From: Narcine bancroftii | Lineage: Eukaryota | Direction of reading: 5' to 3' | DNA length: 64,000 nt | Assembly (NCBI RefSeq): GCF_036971445.1 | Contig: NC_091482.1 | Span: forward strand, 66,960,001 to 67,024,000 | Shown: positions 24,679 to 37,894 of the stretch, piece after piece | Position numbering within the stretch: position 1 is the stretch's first letter | Layout: each line of letters opens with the position of its first letter | Position numbers and translations under genes: made by a program | Notes under the pieces: model-generated | Database searches by the model: none | What the model saw: only the letters and a program-made list of their open reading frames with translations | Told to the model about the DNA's origin: nothing

Positions 24679-26689
24679 AAGAAAGTGAAGGGAGGAGCGA
24701 TATTCTCCACAGTCAATGCTGTGGTGTCATCGGGAAGATGGACAAATCTGGATTAACCTCACCCAGGGAGAATCGGTCACTCAAGAGCACACTCTCAGCA
24801 ACAAGGCATCAAGACTGAATGCGTGAACATAAAGAAAAGGAAGTCAAATCCTTTGTTCTCGTTGATGTGAGGTGGGAGGAAGCAACCAGGATCAGATTTT
24901 TGCAGGTTTCTGCTGTCCAGTTAAACTTTGCTTCCCTCAGAACTGGGGCCCCAGTGCAAAGGCCCATGTATCAGAAATGCCTTTTGATAAAATCATCTTC
25001 TCAATAAAACTTGTGACAGATTCGGAGGGAAGGACAATGAACATAACTACCAGCCGAAAGTGACATTAGTACTCGTAACAGAAGGGAAGCACTTTAGTTG
25101 GTATATAGGCTGGGGAGATTGACTCCTTGTTTTGCGTACTTTTGAGTGACCACCTGAAGGTAACCTCATAAACCTGGATGATTGAACAACCAATAGTGAA
25201 AAGAACTGATTGTACAAGGCTTATGGCTCAGTGTGTCGACTTCTGCTTTTGTTAGTTGGCTGTAGGATTGAAATTGGCAAGTCAGAAATAAAATGGCTGG
25301 ACTTTGAGCCGCATGCTTATTGAAGGTAACTCTCAGTCAGAAGGTGGGTAAACAAGAAAATCTGCAGATGCTGGGGTCTAGTGAAGGACTCAAAATTGTA
25401 GGAGGAACTCAGCAGGTCGCACATCCACCAGAAGTAAAAGGCGGTTGACAATTTGTGCCTGAGCCCTTCATCGGGAGGGTTCCTGACCTGCTGAGTTTCT
25501 CCAGCACTTCTGTATATTCCATCTCACTCAGGATTTGAAGGAGTCATTCAACCAAGGTCCTTTCTGGTCTCTCATATGGACACAAACTATAATTTGGCAC
25601 ATGAAATATATATCGCTGCTTGGGGCCGGGGAAAAGAATAGGTAGTTCAGCCCATAAATCTTGTGCTGTCTCCGAAAGAGCGAGGAAATTAATCTGTTTC
25701 TTGCTTTATTCTCTATAACCCAGCTACTACTTCTTACAAACTATTTCTTTTTCAATTCCCTCAGAAACTTATTAACGAGACTGCTTCCACCACGATGCAT
25801 TCCAAATTGGAAGAAGCGTGCTGCAATTTTTTTTTATGCTGCCTCTCTCTGCCTCTTTTCCAATTAAGACCACCCCTAATAAAACCCAGAGAAAATTCAG
25901 GAGAAAGAACTCTTCTGGGGAGGTGGTGAGAATGTGGAAAGTTTACAGTGTAGTGAAGCTCAGGTGAATAATGTCTTTCAGGATAGCTGGAGAAACGTAA
26001 GAGAGAAAGGAATAGGCAGACATAGTGAAAGGATTAGATGACACAGGAAAGGAACAGAAAGCCCAGCAAAGATTGATTGGCCACATGGCACATATCCCTG
26101 CTGCAAGAAGCTGACAATTACCTTAACCCAATGCCAAAAATAACTGAGTCCCATTTAGTTAAAGAAGTAGATGTTCAAAGTGACCCTCCATATCATTATT
26201 GCTGGATTGTAAAATAAACAGCATGAGATTCAACTGGGACTGAGTGCTGGAGGCACAGTCGCAGGCTGAGGCTGTGTTCTCTGCACTAAAGGTGGAAGTT
26301 AATAAAGCACAAACCCAGCCTTTACTTTTAATAGGAAATCTCCATAGCAACTGATACACATACGTTACACAAAAACTACACACGTGGCAAAAACACAAAG
26401 GAACTCTGCTGGAGGTCAGTTGACTTGGAGGTAAAAAGGCAGCATGTAGGCGTAGACGGACCAGAATCTTGCCTTTTGGCAGTTCCTGACTAATATACGA
26501 AATTAAGTACAAAGCACAGAACAGAATGAACCCAGATCTGTGTGCCTGGCCAATCTCCCTTCTCCCTTCTCCCTCCTCCCTCTCCACACACAGTCCCCTC
26601 CTTTTTTCCTTTATTTGCCAGCAGATTTTATTCAAGGTTGTTTATATATGTTCTGGTTTGACCATGTAGAAATGACAGCACTTTTTATA

Positions 26690-27070
26690 CAAAGTCCCCT
26701 CATTTCAGGGCACCTGGGGCATTTGGCTTCACAGGTGTTTTGTAAGTATCAGGTATGTTTCAATGCTTCATTAGTGCAGGGATAAGAGAGTTAAACTTGC
26801 TTCTAAGCTTTTGACCACCTTTGGAGTCCGTAGTTGTCTCTTTTCAACACGAGGACCAGACTTGTGCCCAATGAAAGTCAAATAAGCCATTATGAAGCTG
26901 AAAAACAAGAATAAAACCATAAGAGACATCATTTAAACCTTAGGATTAACAGTTTGGAATATCATGAAGTGCACTGGTGAGCTCAGGAATCACAGAGGGA
27001 CTGGATTTCCAAAGAAGATCTCATCTGCTGTTGACAGAATTCTCATCATAATGAAGTAAAATCCCCAAAA
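26690..27070 (+). mobile_element. Tc1-like transposon fragment (5' part, transposase N-terminus)
   Basis: Homologous to 53171-53620; degenerate PMKVK...KLKNKNKTIRDI HTH region. Confidence 0.7.
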
Positions 27071-28319
27071 TATCTATATAATCTTTGTCTTTCCACAAAT
27101 ATCATCTTGCTCCTGGACAGCCTTAAACAAAACAGCATGGATTTTTCTAAGTTTAGGTGGCCCCCACTTCTACTTGGTTCTTGGTTCCACTTTTACCATC
27201 TCTTATTTACATAACCCCTTTCTTATTTTTCTTACCAATCCCCCCCACCCCGTCTTTCAACCTCTCCAAGATCCTACCTCCCCACATTCTTTTCTCCTTG
27301 ATATATTTGATATCATCCCTTCCTACTTCCATGGATGCTGTTTGACCCACCGAGTTCCTCTAACTTTTCACTGTTTTTCTCAAAATTCTACCATCTGTAG
27401 CTTTTGCGTTTCTTTTTCTATTCCTTTCTTTTGCATAATATTCCTTATTTTGTTTGCATCAATGTCACTGGTTCGTGATGAGTTAGAATGAGAGCTTCAC
27501 TTGCTCACCTACAGTCAACTGAAAATGCCACCTCATCTCCCATAAGGACCTGGTGATTGTATCAGAGGTTTGGATCTAGCGCTCAGGTTGCTCATCGATC
27601 GAACAGAGGTCTGTGCAGTTGCAGACACTCAGTGTCTCTGAAGGAATTCTCTTTTACCTCCCTTTCTCCTACTGCAGGGTTGGCCAAACCTTTGGTTGTG
27701 GGCCATATGCAGAAAAATATAAGGAGTCATGGCCAAACAATATTAAGCCCAGCATTTTTCAACCAGTTGCACTGCAAGAAAAACAGTGTTTTTAGACCAG
27801 AAAACCCCTGTGCCATCAAAACTTAATTTACTATCAAAATAACTATATGACCCTACTGAACAGTTTAACTGTTGAATTTACAGTGGTTTATTGATGTACT
27901 CACATATTACAGTTGGCATTTCCACATCTGCTGCTCTTATATTTAATTTAAATGAATATAATAAAACTCTTTAAAAACTCTCAAGCAATGCCATATAAAA
28001 AGCTGGGTGCACAATAAGACCAGGAGAAAAGATCAAGAAAGGGACAAGGCCAACATTCCTCCACAACTCTCAGTGAACACAGTTCATGGCCCAAGTGTCC
28101 ACCTCAAACTATGATGCAATGTGTAAATTTGTAGATAGGCTATTAAAGATTGCCTATGAGAGTTAACAGATTCCCTTGACTTCTGTGGGGGGGTGGGGGG
28201 GGGATTATTAATTCTCCCACCATGACTGAAATTTTGAGTACTCCCCTGCTATTTTCTATCTTTTTGGCTCTGCCACGTTTGATCAACTGAGGTAAACGTT
28301 TTCACGTTTGAGTGAACGT

Positions 28320-29485
28320 GAAAAATGCTGAGTCGGCGGTGAAGAAGGCGAATGAAATGTTGAGGTTCATTTCTAGAGGAATAGCGTGCAAGAGCAGGGA
28401 TGAAATGTTGAGACTCTATAAAGCACCGATGAGACTTCACTTCGAGTACTATGTTGTTTTGATAAAAGACATGCTGGTGTGGAGATGGTTCAGAGAATAT
28501 TTACTGGAATTATACAGATCGAGTACCCCTTATCCGAAAATCCAAAACATTTTGAGCGCCAGCATGATGCCACAAGTGTAAAATTCCACACCTGACCTCA
28601 CTTGCCCACGTGGGGCTCTGATGCTCTGTTGGTGCCAGTTTGTTGCCAACTATCGTCACCGCCAGACCCATATGCATTACCCAGCAGAATTTCTAGTCTT
28701 TGGTGCTGCATTTATCTTCTTTTGTAAGCAGAGATCAAGTTTTTTTTTGGTAAGTACAAAATATTATTTTCATGTGAAATCTGAAATTTGTCTCCACCTA
28801 AGATGCTATGTTTGTGTGTAACGTGACCAGCAACATTATTGCATTGAAAAAATAAACTAATGATCAAAGCACAGCATCGTAGGTGGAGACTGAAAGCCTG
28901 CCATTGTTTGTTGTTGTTGTTTAACGGCTGATACAGGTTTTCTGCTGATGCTACTTAGTTACCCTAAACACATTATTCCACAAAAATCCAAAATCTGGAA
29001 CACTTCTGGTCCCATGCATTTCAGTTAAGGGGTATTTGACCTGTAGCGGGAGTGAAAGGGCTAGTACATGAGGAACAGTTGTCGACTCTTAGACTGTACC
29101 CGAAGGACAGAAAGATGAGGGGGACCTCATAGAGGCATTTCAAATGCTGAAAGGCCTGGACAGCATAGACGTGACAAGGATGTTTCCCTTAGTCGGGGAG
29201 TCCAGAACAGGAGGACTTCAGGATAATAAAAGGCATCAATTTAAAACAGAGACGCAGAAAAAATTCTTTAGTCAGAGGGTCATGAGTCTGTGGAACTTGT
29301 TGCCACAGGTGGCTGTGGAAGTGAGATCATTGGGCATATTTAAGGGAGAGATTGACAGGTATTTGATGAGTCAGGGCATCAAGGGTTACGGGGAGAAAGC
29401 CGAGTGTGGGACTGAGTGGGAGGATGGATCAGATCATGATTTGAATGGTGGAGCAGACTCGATGGGCCAACTTCTGCTCCTATAA
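28320..29485 (+). mobile_element. CR1-clade LINE 3' fragment interrupted by a Tigger element
   Basis: VKKANEMLRFISRGI...MLRLYK..RLHFEY and KFFSQRVMSLWNLLP translations. Confidence 0.85.
28515..29043. mobile_element. Tigger4/Zombi (MER46)-like non-autonomous DNA transposon
   Basis: TA TSD; TIRs CAGATCGAGTACCCCTTATCCGAAA / TTTCAGTTAAGGGGTATTTGACCTG; internal segments resemble recalled mammalian Tigger4. Confidence 0.75.
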
Positions 29486-30104
29486 TTTGTTGATTTTGTG
29501 AAAAAAATCTGCCCTGTATATACAATCACGACTTAGAAGTCAGTTTGATATTTTGGATTGTACTTGTTTGAGTGTGGAAACAGATAAAATCCAAGCTGTA
29601 AGCTTTCACCACTGACGACAGAATCTGGATCAGTTGGGCCAAGGAGTTGCAAATGAAATGTTACTCTGACAATGGGGTACGGGGGGGGGCATAATTCCCA
29701 GAAAATGGCAGCTCAGGTGGTCAAGGTGGTGAAGCAGTTGTTTGGCACACGCCTCCATTTTTAAGATTATTTCTGAAAGTTAAACCACAGTAACAATTGC
29801 ATTACATTCAATTCAAAAATTATATGTGTATATAACCACCAACCCCCACCCCCCGGGGCCGGGTATTGAGTACCAAAGTTGGGACCTTATTGTTTGATGT
29901 TTAAGCGGATCTGAAAGGAATACGGCAGCTTAATGTTTAAGGCAGTGGTTCTCAACCTTTTTCTTTCCACTCACATGCTAGAATGGTTCCAACGATGTGG
30001 GGGATTAAGGATAAGGAAGATGGCCATTGCTCCTGCACTTGCAAATTGAGCCATCACCACAAAATGGAACAGCGTTTGCAGCAGCCGCACATTTTTGCCC
30101 CCCC

Positions 30105-30345
30105 CCATGACTGCAGCGACCTCTCTCTCCCCCACCCCCACCATGACTGCAGCGACCTCTCTCCCCCCCCCCACCCCCTCCACGGCAGCGACCTCTCTTC
30201 CTCTCCCTCCATGGCAGCGACCTCTCTTCCTCTCCCTCCACAGCAGCGACCTCTATCCTCCCCCCTTTCACGGCAGTAACCTCTCTCTTCCCCCCCCCCC
30301 CCCCCCACAGCAGTGACCTCTCTCCCCCCGATCACAACAGCGGCA
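30105..30345. repeat. C-rich minisatellite, about 30-bp units (CAGCGACCTCTCTCCCCC...)
   Basis: About 7-8 imperfect tandem copies. Confidence 0.85.
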
Positions 30346-30589
30346 CCTCAACCAGGGGTTTCCCTGTGATGCAACGCTGATGTCACCAGAGTAACTGGAT
30401 CAGCCATTTCCTTTTCAAACCGCTGGACCAAGATGCCTGGTTAAGTTTTACTGGGTTCCCTGATGGTCAGGGACAGGGTTGGGTGCTGACTAGGCTGGCC
30501 TGATTGGACCCTTCACAATTGCCTCGTAACTGAATTGCTGCAAATTGCCCGGGCCCGGTTAACCTCATTTTACATGGCAGTGTAACCAG

Positions 30590-31130
30590 TAGCCAACCTG
30601 AATAGGATCTTTTTATTCCAACTCTCTGTTTCCTGCCAATCTAGCCATGCTAGTATCCTCCTGTAATTCAATGGGCTCTCATTTGTTCAGTAACCTTGTG
30701 TGGCACCTTGTTGAAACCTTTTGAAAGTTTGAATGCACCACATCCACTGTATCTCCCCTGTCTACCTACTTGTGATCTCTTCAAGAAATAGCAATAGGTT
30801 TGTCAAGCATGATTTTCCTTTAAGGAAACCATGCTGACTTGGGCCTTCCTTTTCATGTACCCCCAGGAATTCCGTAACCTCATCCTTGACAATGGACTCC
30901 AACAGCTTCCCAACCGCTGACGTCAGATCTATAATTTCCATTTTGCTGCCTCGCTCCCTTCTTAAACAGTGGAGTAACATTCGCGATCCTCCAGTCCACC
31001 GGAACCGTGCTAGAATTCATAGATTCCTAGATCATTATCAATATCTACAGCTACCTCCTTCAGAACCCAAGGGGGCATTCCATTTGGTCCAGGAGACTTA
31101 ACTACCCTTAGACCATTTAGCTTCCCAAGA
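30590..31130 (-). mobile_element. CR1-clade LINE RT fragment
   Basis: LTSAVGKLLESIVKD...SQHGFLKGKSCLTNLLLFLEEIT. Confidence 0.85.
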
Positions 31131-32829
31131 ACTACACAAGCCTTTCACAGGAGCAATAAACACAGATATTCATGATCTACACATTGAATTTCCAAAAGTA
31201 ATGAAAAGTTTTGAAATGAAAGGTCAAGTCACATTATTGGCAACTTATTTTGTGAAAGATGACAAATCACCAAGCAATATCTTTGATGTTTTTCTCTGGG
31301 CAGACAATTGCCAAGTCAGAAAATCTATGACCTTCTGCCTGGGGTTTTAAATTTCTCCTTTTGATTAGTTACAAAGGACTATTTTTGCCAGTCGTTTAAT
31401 AGCTTACGCAGGCTGACCTTTTGCAACAAAGAATGTGACATTATTGCTTTTGTGCAACAGTTAGAGAGAATGTTTGGGACAGTCAACATGCATGTTTGTT
31501 TACCGAGAGAGAGAGAGAGAGATGCTTCAAGGGCAATGTGGTGAGGATACAGTTGAGCATGAAGGAGGGATTAAAATTGAAAGCTCCACAGATAATAGCT
31601 GAGCTGCTGAGCAGTTCCCAGTGATTTTTTTTTATCTGGACATTCAGCAATGCAGTAAGGGCAAGACATGAAAGGCAATCTTACTTTATTTAATTAATTC
31701 ACAAACCTTTCAGGAAGTCTGAGAGCCCCAGACAGTATTTACTCTACAATAAAACCTCTGAGACAAAAAGAGCCTTTCCATTTTACTCATTTCATACAGG
31801 CATCAGTGAATTGGATCATTCTCACCTGGCTGAAAGTATTGGTGAAGTCGAGTCCCACTAAGAAGTCTTGTCAATGAAACCTTAGTCCAATGCCGCTGTG
31901 ATACACTGAGCCGCACGGGCAGAGGTGGAATCTTTTGGAGGAAATCTGGAGCCGAGCCCCAGCCCAGGGCCGATACCTCAGGGCCTGCTGAAGATCAACA
32001 CGAAAGTTACCCCACATTCTGACCAACTTGGCTCCTTCCAACACATGAAAGTCTGCAGACACTGTGGTTGAAGTAGAAAACACAATGCCCAAGAAATTCA
32101 GCAGGTCAAACAGTGGACTTTATGGAGCAAACAAAGACAAATAATCAACATTTCAGGCTTGAACCTTTCATCAGGGTATGAGCAAAATGTGGACAGACCC
32201 CCCCCCCCCAACAATATGGAAGGGGCAGGAACACAATCCCAAGGGCAGGTGGTAATAGTCAAAAACAAAAATAACTAATGCAAGATCACAGTGGTAAAGA
32301 TATTTATTGATACATGAAATAGAATAATTACAACAGAAATTAAGATAGTCAAATCACAGATTTGCTAATATTCCAGATTTTCTTTTACACTCCTTTCAAA
32401 TAAATCTATCCAAATTATTCAGTGTGAACTACACTAAACAAGCTGAAAAATACAGCTCCAAGAACAAGAGCCTACTTTCACTTAATTCTCCAGTGTAACA
32501 CATGGATCATAAATTAGTTGCATTTATAGTCCAGCCCAACAGCCAGTGTTGTACAACCATTGTGGGTTCACAGAGCAAATTGATTAACAGGTCATCTGTG
32601 CAAAAAGTAAAAACATTCTTAAATGCAAAATAAAGCTGAAGATGTCAGACTTGTGACAGAACAGCATTACAGGAATAATTAGACTGCTGCAATTTAATTT
32701 CCTGCTCTCAAAATTGCACAAGGTAAAGTCAGAAATTTCAGAATTGAACTTTAGATCTGGCATGGAGACAGAAACCTTTACATTCAACCTGGCTACCCTT
32801 TTGGATAGAACTAGAAGTTCTGAAGAAAA

Positions 32830-33445
32830 TTACAGGGGTAATTTTCTGGGTCCACAGGACCCAGTGTTGTTCCTGTTGGGGGATATTATGGACATTAGTC
32901 TGAGACTGTCCAAATACCAATTTCAATTTGTAAAAATTGCCTTGGTGGTGGCCAGGAAATGTATAGCGGTTACCTGGAAATCTGACTCCCAGCTGAGTAC
33001 CACACGATGGAAATGCAGAACTGTAATCCCCTGGATAAAATCACCTATAATTTGAGGACTAAGTCCGACTCGTTTGTTGAAGTGTGGCAACTATACCTGC
33101 AGTACATTAGAACACAGGCGTGATTAACCTTCCCAATGCCTTTCTTTATAAGGAACCATGGATTGTCGGCTCACACCAGTCCCAGAACATTAAGATTGAG
33201 GAAATAACTGAGGCTCTGTCAGCACCAACAAACCCACCCCCATCTTTATTCTGTCTTTTTTTTGTTGTTTTAATATATTTGTATTGTTATTTTCAGTAAT
33301 TAATGTTTGTTTTTGTTAATTTGGGGTGGGAAGGAGGAGGGAGAAAATAAACTCTATACAAAGAGCTCTGTAAAAGGGAAAGATTGATCTATATTGATAA
33401 TAAAGCATGAGTTTGTAAAATCAAAAATAAAAATGTCAAAAAAGC
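32830..33445 (+). mobile_element. L1/Tx1-clade LINE 3' end
   Basis: PQDPVLFLLGDI...ALVVARKCIAVTWKS ORF2 C-terminal motif; T-rich 3' UTR, AATAAA and A-rich tail. Confidence 0.7.
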
Positions 33446-34690
33446 TCAAGATCTTTCCTCCCAATTCCAAATAGATATGATGAAAAGGCTCAGTTCACCG
33501 CATACTCACTGGAATCAGTAGGCCTGCGTGATTGCTCAGTATAAGGGGGAAAATAAGCCACGTCCATGGCTTATTGAGAACAAACAGAAATTTAAATGTA
33601 AATGATACTGTATTTGAAATCAGGAATTAAAGTTCATGCTAAACAGAAAACGCTGGAAAAATCCAACAGGGCAGGCTGCCCCTGGGAAAGGAGAACTCGT
33701 TAACACAGGGGAATTTCTCTGCTCGGGTGAAATTATGAATTAAGACAAAGGAGCCTCCCCGAACTTCATAACCACAGTAATCTACCTTTCCAGGAAGCTC
33801 CTCTTTGTTCCACTCATTGCACTCTCCTACCTTCTCCACTGCCTGAACTGACATTCTGTCTGAGGAAGGACCTGACCTGAAATCTTCCCTCTCTTTCCAC
33901 AGGTGCTGCCAGACTTGCTGTTTTTAATTTGCAGTTTTTTTTTTGCCAAAACTCAGACTAATTCTCAGTTTACCTTTCTATGCTAACAAATAAATCCTTG
34001 TAATATTTTCTTATTGTACTATATTTTCATCTCAATTTTTGTATGAGCTTTAAAAGCATTTTCCCCTTTGCCTTGTGGTCTCCAGTGAGAAATGAATCTG
34101 TTTTGACACAATTATTCTATCAATGCCACCTAGTGGCTATCTGCAAACCTACAATGAACAAGGACACTAAAGCCCCTTGCCCTTTCTTTGCCTCTCCCCA
34201 GCCTTTTAATTCAGGCGCCTGTCTGCTTTTTACTTATAACTTGAAGGGCTAAGGCCCAAAACATAAGTAATATATCTTTACCGCTTATGGATGCTGTGAG
34301 ACCTGCTGAATTCCTCCAGGATTTCTGTGTTTTTACTACAACCTCAGCACCTGAAGACTTCACAACAGATTTTGGGAAACAAGTTAGTTCATTCCAATGG
34401 CCTCCTGTTCTGCAATTTCACATATTTATGGAGCTGAAACCCTTTGCCCTTGAAGAAAATAATCTTACATGAGTGTATAATTTGGATTCATCTAATTCCC
34501 TGATTTACAAGTCCAATGTTCTGTTTCGTATGTATTTTTTTCTGGTTTAGTTAATTGGCTAAAATGCTTAAACTCATCATTTTCTTCAATTATTTTAAAA
34601 ATACTAAAGATAAAAATTCCTTGGAGTCACTGATAGATTGCAAAGATTTCCTCAGGAGGGTATGAATAAACCTGGTCAAGAGTTTAGAAA

Positions 34691-34940
34691 GGGTGGCACA
34701 GTTAACGTAGCGGTTAGCCCAAAGCCTTTAAGGCTCCAGCGATTGGCACCAGCCCAGGATTCAAGCCCCGCGCTGTCTGTTAGGAGTTTGCAAGTTCTCC
34801 CCGTGTCTGAGTGGGTTTTCCCCAAGGGGCTAACTTACTCCCTCCGTTCAAAACATACCAGGGGTGTAGGTTAATGGGGTAAAAATTGTGCAGCACAGAC
34901 TTGTAGGCTGAAATGGCCCATTATTGTGCTTTATGTCTAA
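34691..34940 (+). mobile_element. V-SINE copy
   Basis: Full-length match to the family at 14-262. Confidence 0.7.
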
Positions 34941-35999
34941 ATTTAATTTAAAATTTAAATTTATCAGGAAAAATATCAGTGGCACTTTTGAGATTCCAAT
35001 GGGGGGGGGGGGGGAGGGGGTGGGTTGATGACAAGATGCTGTTTCATCTAGATGCTTTTTCCAGACTTTTGATCATTTCACTTTGAATTCAATTATATTG
35101 TCGAAATTTGGCAATATTGTTACTACTGTCTTGCCCAACATCTCTATAAAAAAGGACAAAAAAGTTGCCCAATTCCTTAAAATTGAACTATTTCTTAAAT
35201 CTTTCTCCCTACAAGATCTTACACTGCTGCAACTATAACAGAGGAATAATTTCCAAAGACCCTTGTGCTTTACAAATGGTCTGAAGCACATTACCTTTCA
35301 TTAATCAACAACAGCCTCATTTTACTTTGACTCCAGGCATATTGAGGATAGGATTGAAAAATGTCAATTTTTGAAAAATGCACTCAAAATCAACAAGCCT
35401 CCTGCCACCCAATATAATCATACAAATATAGCTTGAATTGTAGAGAAAATAGTCCAACTGCAGATCTTATCCTTCCTACCTCTGGTTGCACTTTAGGAAA
35501 CATTAAACCTTTGCTAATTTTATCCACAAAACTGAGTGTCAACATTCTTTACCAATCCTGATTTGACAATTCTGCATTTTATCAATGGCTGTGTAAAGAA
35601 AACAGCTAAGCTACAATGACTTCCAAGGTATTGACAGAGCAATGATTTAACTGATGTGAACGGGTTACTTCAGTCAGAAGGGAACTCTAAACCTATAACA
35701 CTGAAAGAATAGAGTTGGGGTTTGTTCCTGTAGGCACAGCAGTGAGAGTGTGCCTACAAATACAACTTGCTGTAGCAATGGCATTTTAGCTAATTTAATC
35801 AGCTTCGCTGCCTTTTTTTCCCCCCAGTTGGACTCTTTCGTAGTTCATTAGATTAAATGCATCACCATTCAAAAATGCATCAGGGTTGTAGATCAATTGG
35901 ATGTAATTGAGCAGGCACAAGCTTGTGTCAAAATTAAAAACAGGCAGTCAAATGTACCACATTTTCCTTTATGCCAAATTGCAATAAAACTGAAAGTAT

Positions 36000-37698
36000 T
36001 TTGTTTTCAGGCAATTTTATTTTACTTCAAGGGGAAAAACAAGAACAGATTCAAATTTTGATAGATGATATGCATTGGAAGTTTTTTTTTATCTACTTTA
36101 AAAATGAGATAAAATACATTTATATTACATCTTTTCAGTGTACAATACTAGCATTCTACCACTTGAAGAGTGAATTAACAACCTCCAATTATAATAGAAC
36201 TCAGCAATCCAGTGTTCTCTAAGATTTATGGTAAACGGATGTGATATACATTTGAGCTACAAGGTAGAAAACCTCCACCCTTAAAAATTCCAGTCAAACA
36301 ATGATTTGTATTCTTTCATCTATCAGAGTTGGCCCACAAAGAACATTGTGAGAAGTGAAACATTTGGACAAAGTGCTGGTAGTAGGCCAGTTATCAAGGA
36401 GGCAGTGCTGGGAAGTGAGTTAAACCACAACAAAATAAAAAGATATTTGAGCCCACTGATGACAATGTTGCATTGGTAACATCATGTTACCAATAGAAAC
36501 CATTAATAATATAGTGTAATACATAATTCCCTTTAAAGAAAAGTTCAGGTAGCCCAACCCATAGTTCATACCGAGGCACAGGATATATATATTTTTAAAA
36601 AAAGGAGTTTGCCAATGTACTGCTGCCCAAGTTTTTTTAAAAATCAACTCAACGAGAAGAGCCTGCTCAGTGCTTTTTCAGATCATTTTAAACATGTAAC
36701 AGAACCTGTTCCCATGTTTGGTCACAGTTTGAGCCAATTGGTACATCAGTGCACCACAATTAAATACCTGGACCCATAGTTCAGTTAAAGTTTTTGAACA
36801 AGCCATATAATGTAGCTCTAGTCTATAGTGCACCTGTCCAAAAACAAGTCAACTTATTTGCCCAACATGTTATAAATATCCTGCCGGCTCCTCAGAATTC
36901 ATGGGATCAGTTCTTGCTGTGCCTATGTCGATCATTTTAATTTGTCCACATCAATAATGCAGAGCGCATGCCAATTTCCATCTTCTAATCAGTCAATTTG
37001 CTCACAATCCCAAAAGCCTGTACGCACAGAGAAGCACAATGTTAACTTGGAGACCTGTTGATGCGTCAGATTACCTACCCAATTATCGGTGCAGGTAGAG
37101 AGTCATGGAATAGAAATTCATCCAGTCTCGTTTGTGCTAAATGCTTTCTACTTTCAAAACTGAATTAATGGAATTGAATTTTTAAAGCATGGTACAACCA
37201 ATACACAGCTACGAACTCCATGCTGTCTGGCCAGTCAATAGATTTCTACCCTGTAAGCCATTTCAAATGATTTTGTATATAAAATTTTAAAAACCGAAGA
37301 ATAAACCCTAAACTTTATCCAAGCAAATAATTTAAGTGTTAATCTAAACTCCACTTCTCGTGGGTACTTTTGTGCAGATACATCATTTTGCACAAAGAAA
37401 CAAGTACAAAGTTACTCCCATAAGATACAATATACATTTCAAAATATACACCAGAAAACCTTGAGCTTAGAAGAAAAAACTTTCTACCAAGTTCATTGCA
37501 AACAGACAATATTGTTGCTGGTGATAAACTGGATGATGATAACTTAGTGCTTCTTTATACACTTCTGTTTGCTATACACAAGAAACTGAATGAAAAGTTA
37601 ATACAGACAAATGAAATCCAGTTTTCTTTGAGAAGGTTATTGTAGTGGTGGTTGACACAGTGCGATTGGCCATCATATCCATCATTATTTCACACAAA
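36000..37698 (-). other. FAM174B: Probable FAM174B 3' UTR
   Basis: Repeat-poor AT-rich stretch after the stop; minus-strand AATAAA at 36016-36021; end position is inferred. Confidence 0.5.
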
Positions 37699-37702
37699 TC
37701 AC
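37699..37702 (-). CDS. FAM174B: FAM174B exon 3 coding part (last base of Arg codon plus TGA)
   Basis: Strong acceptor ttttctttttttccctAG|GTGA on the minus strand completes AG+G, then stop. Confidence 0.75.
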
Positions 37703-37894
37703 CTAGGGAAAAAAAGAAAATTTGAGAAAAATAAATTTAATTCTGCTTCAGAAGCTAATCTGCTCGCCACTTCCTATAGTATTGCCTCAGACTGATTATT
37801 TTATACCTGGAAAATTGTAAAAACTGTATTACAGTATCTGGAATTTGAATAGCTGACGACATCCTATTAAAAAAGTGAACTGAACTAAGCAGCA

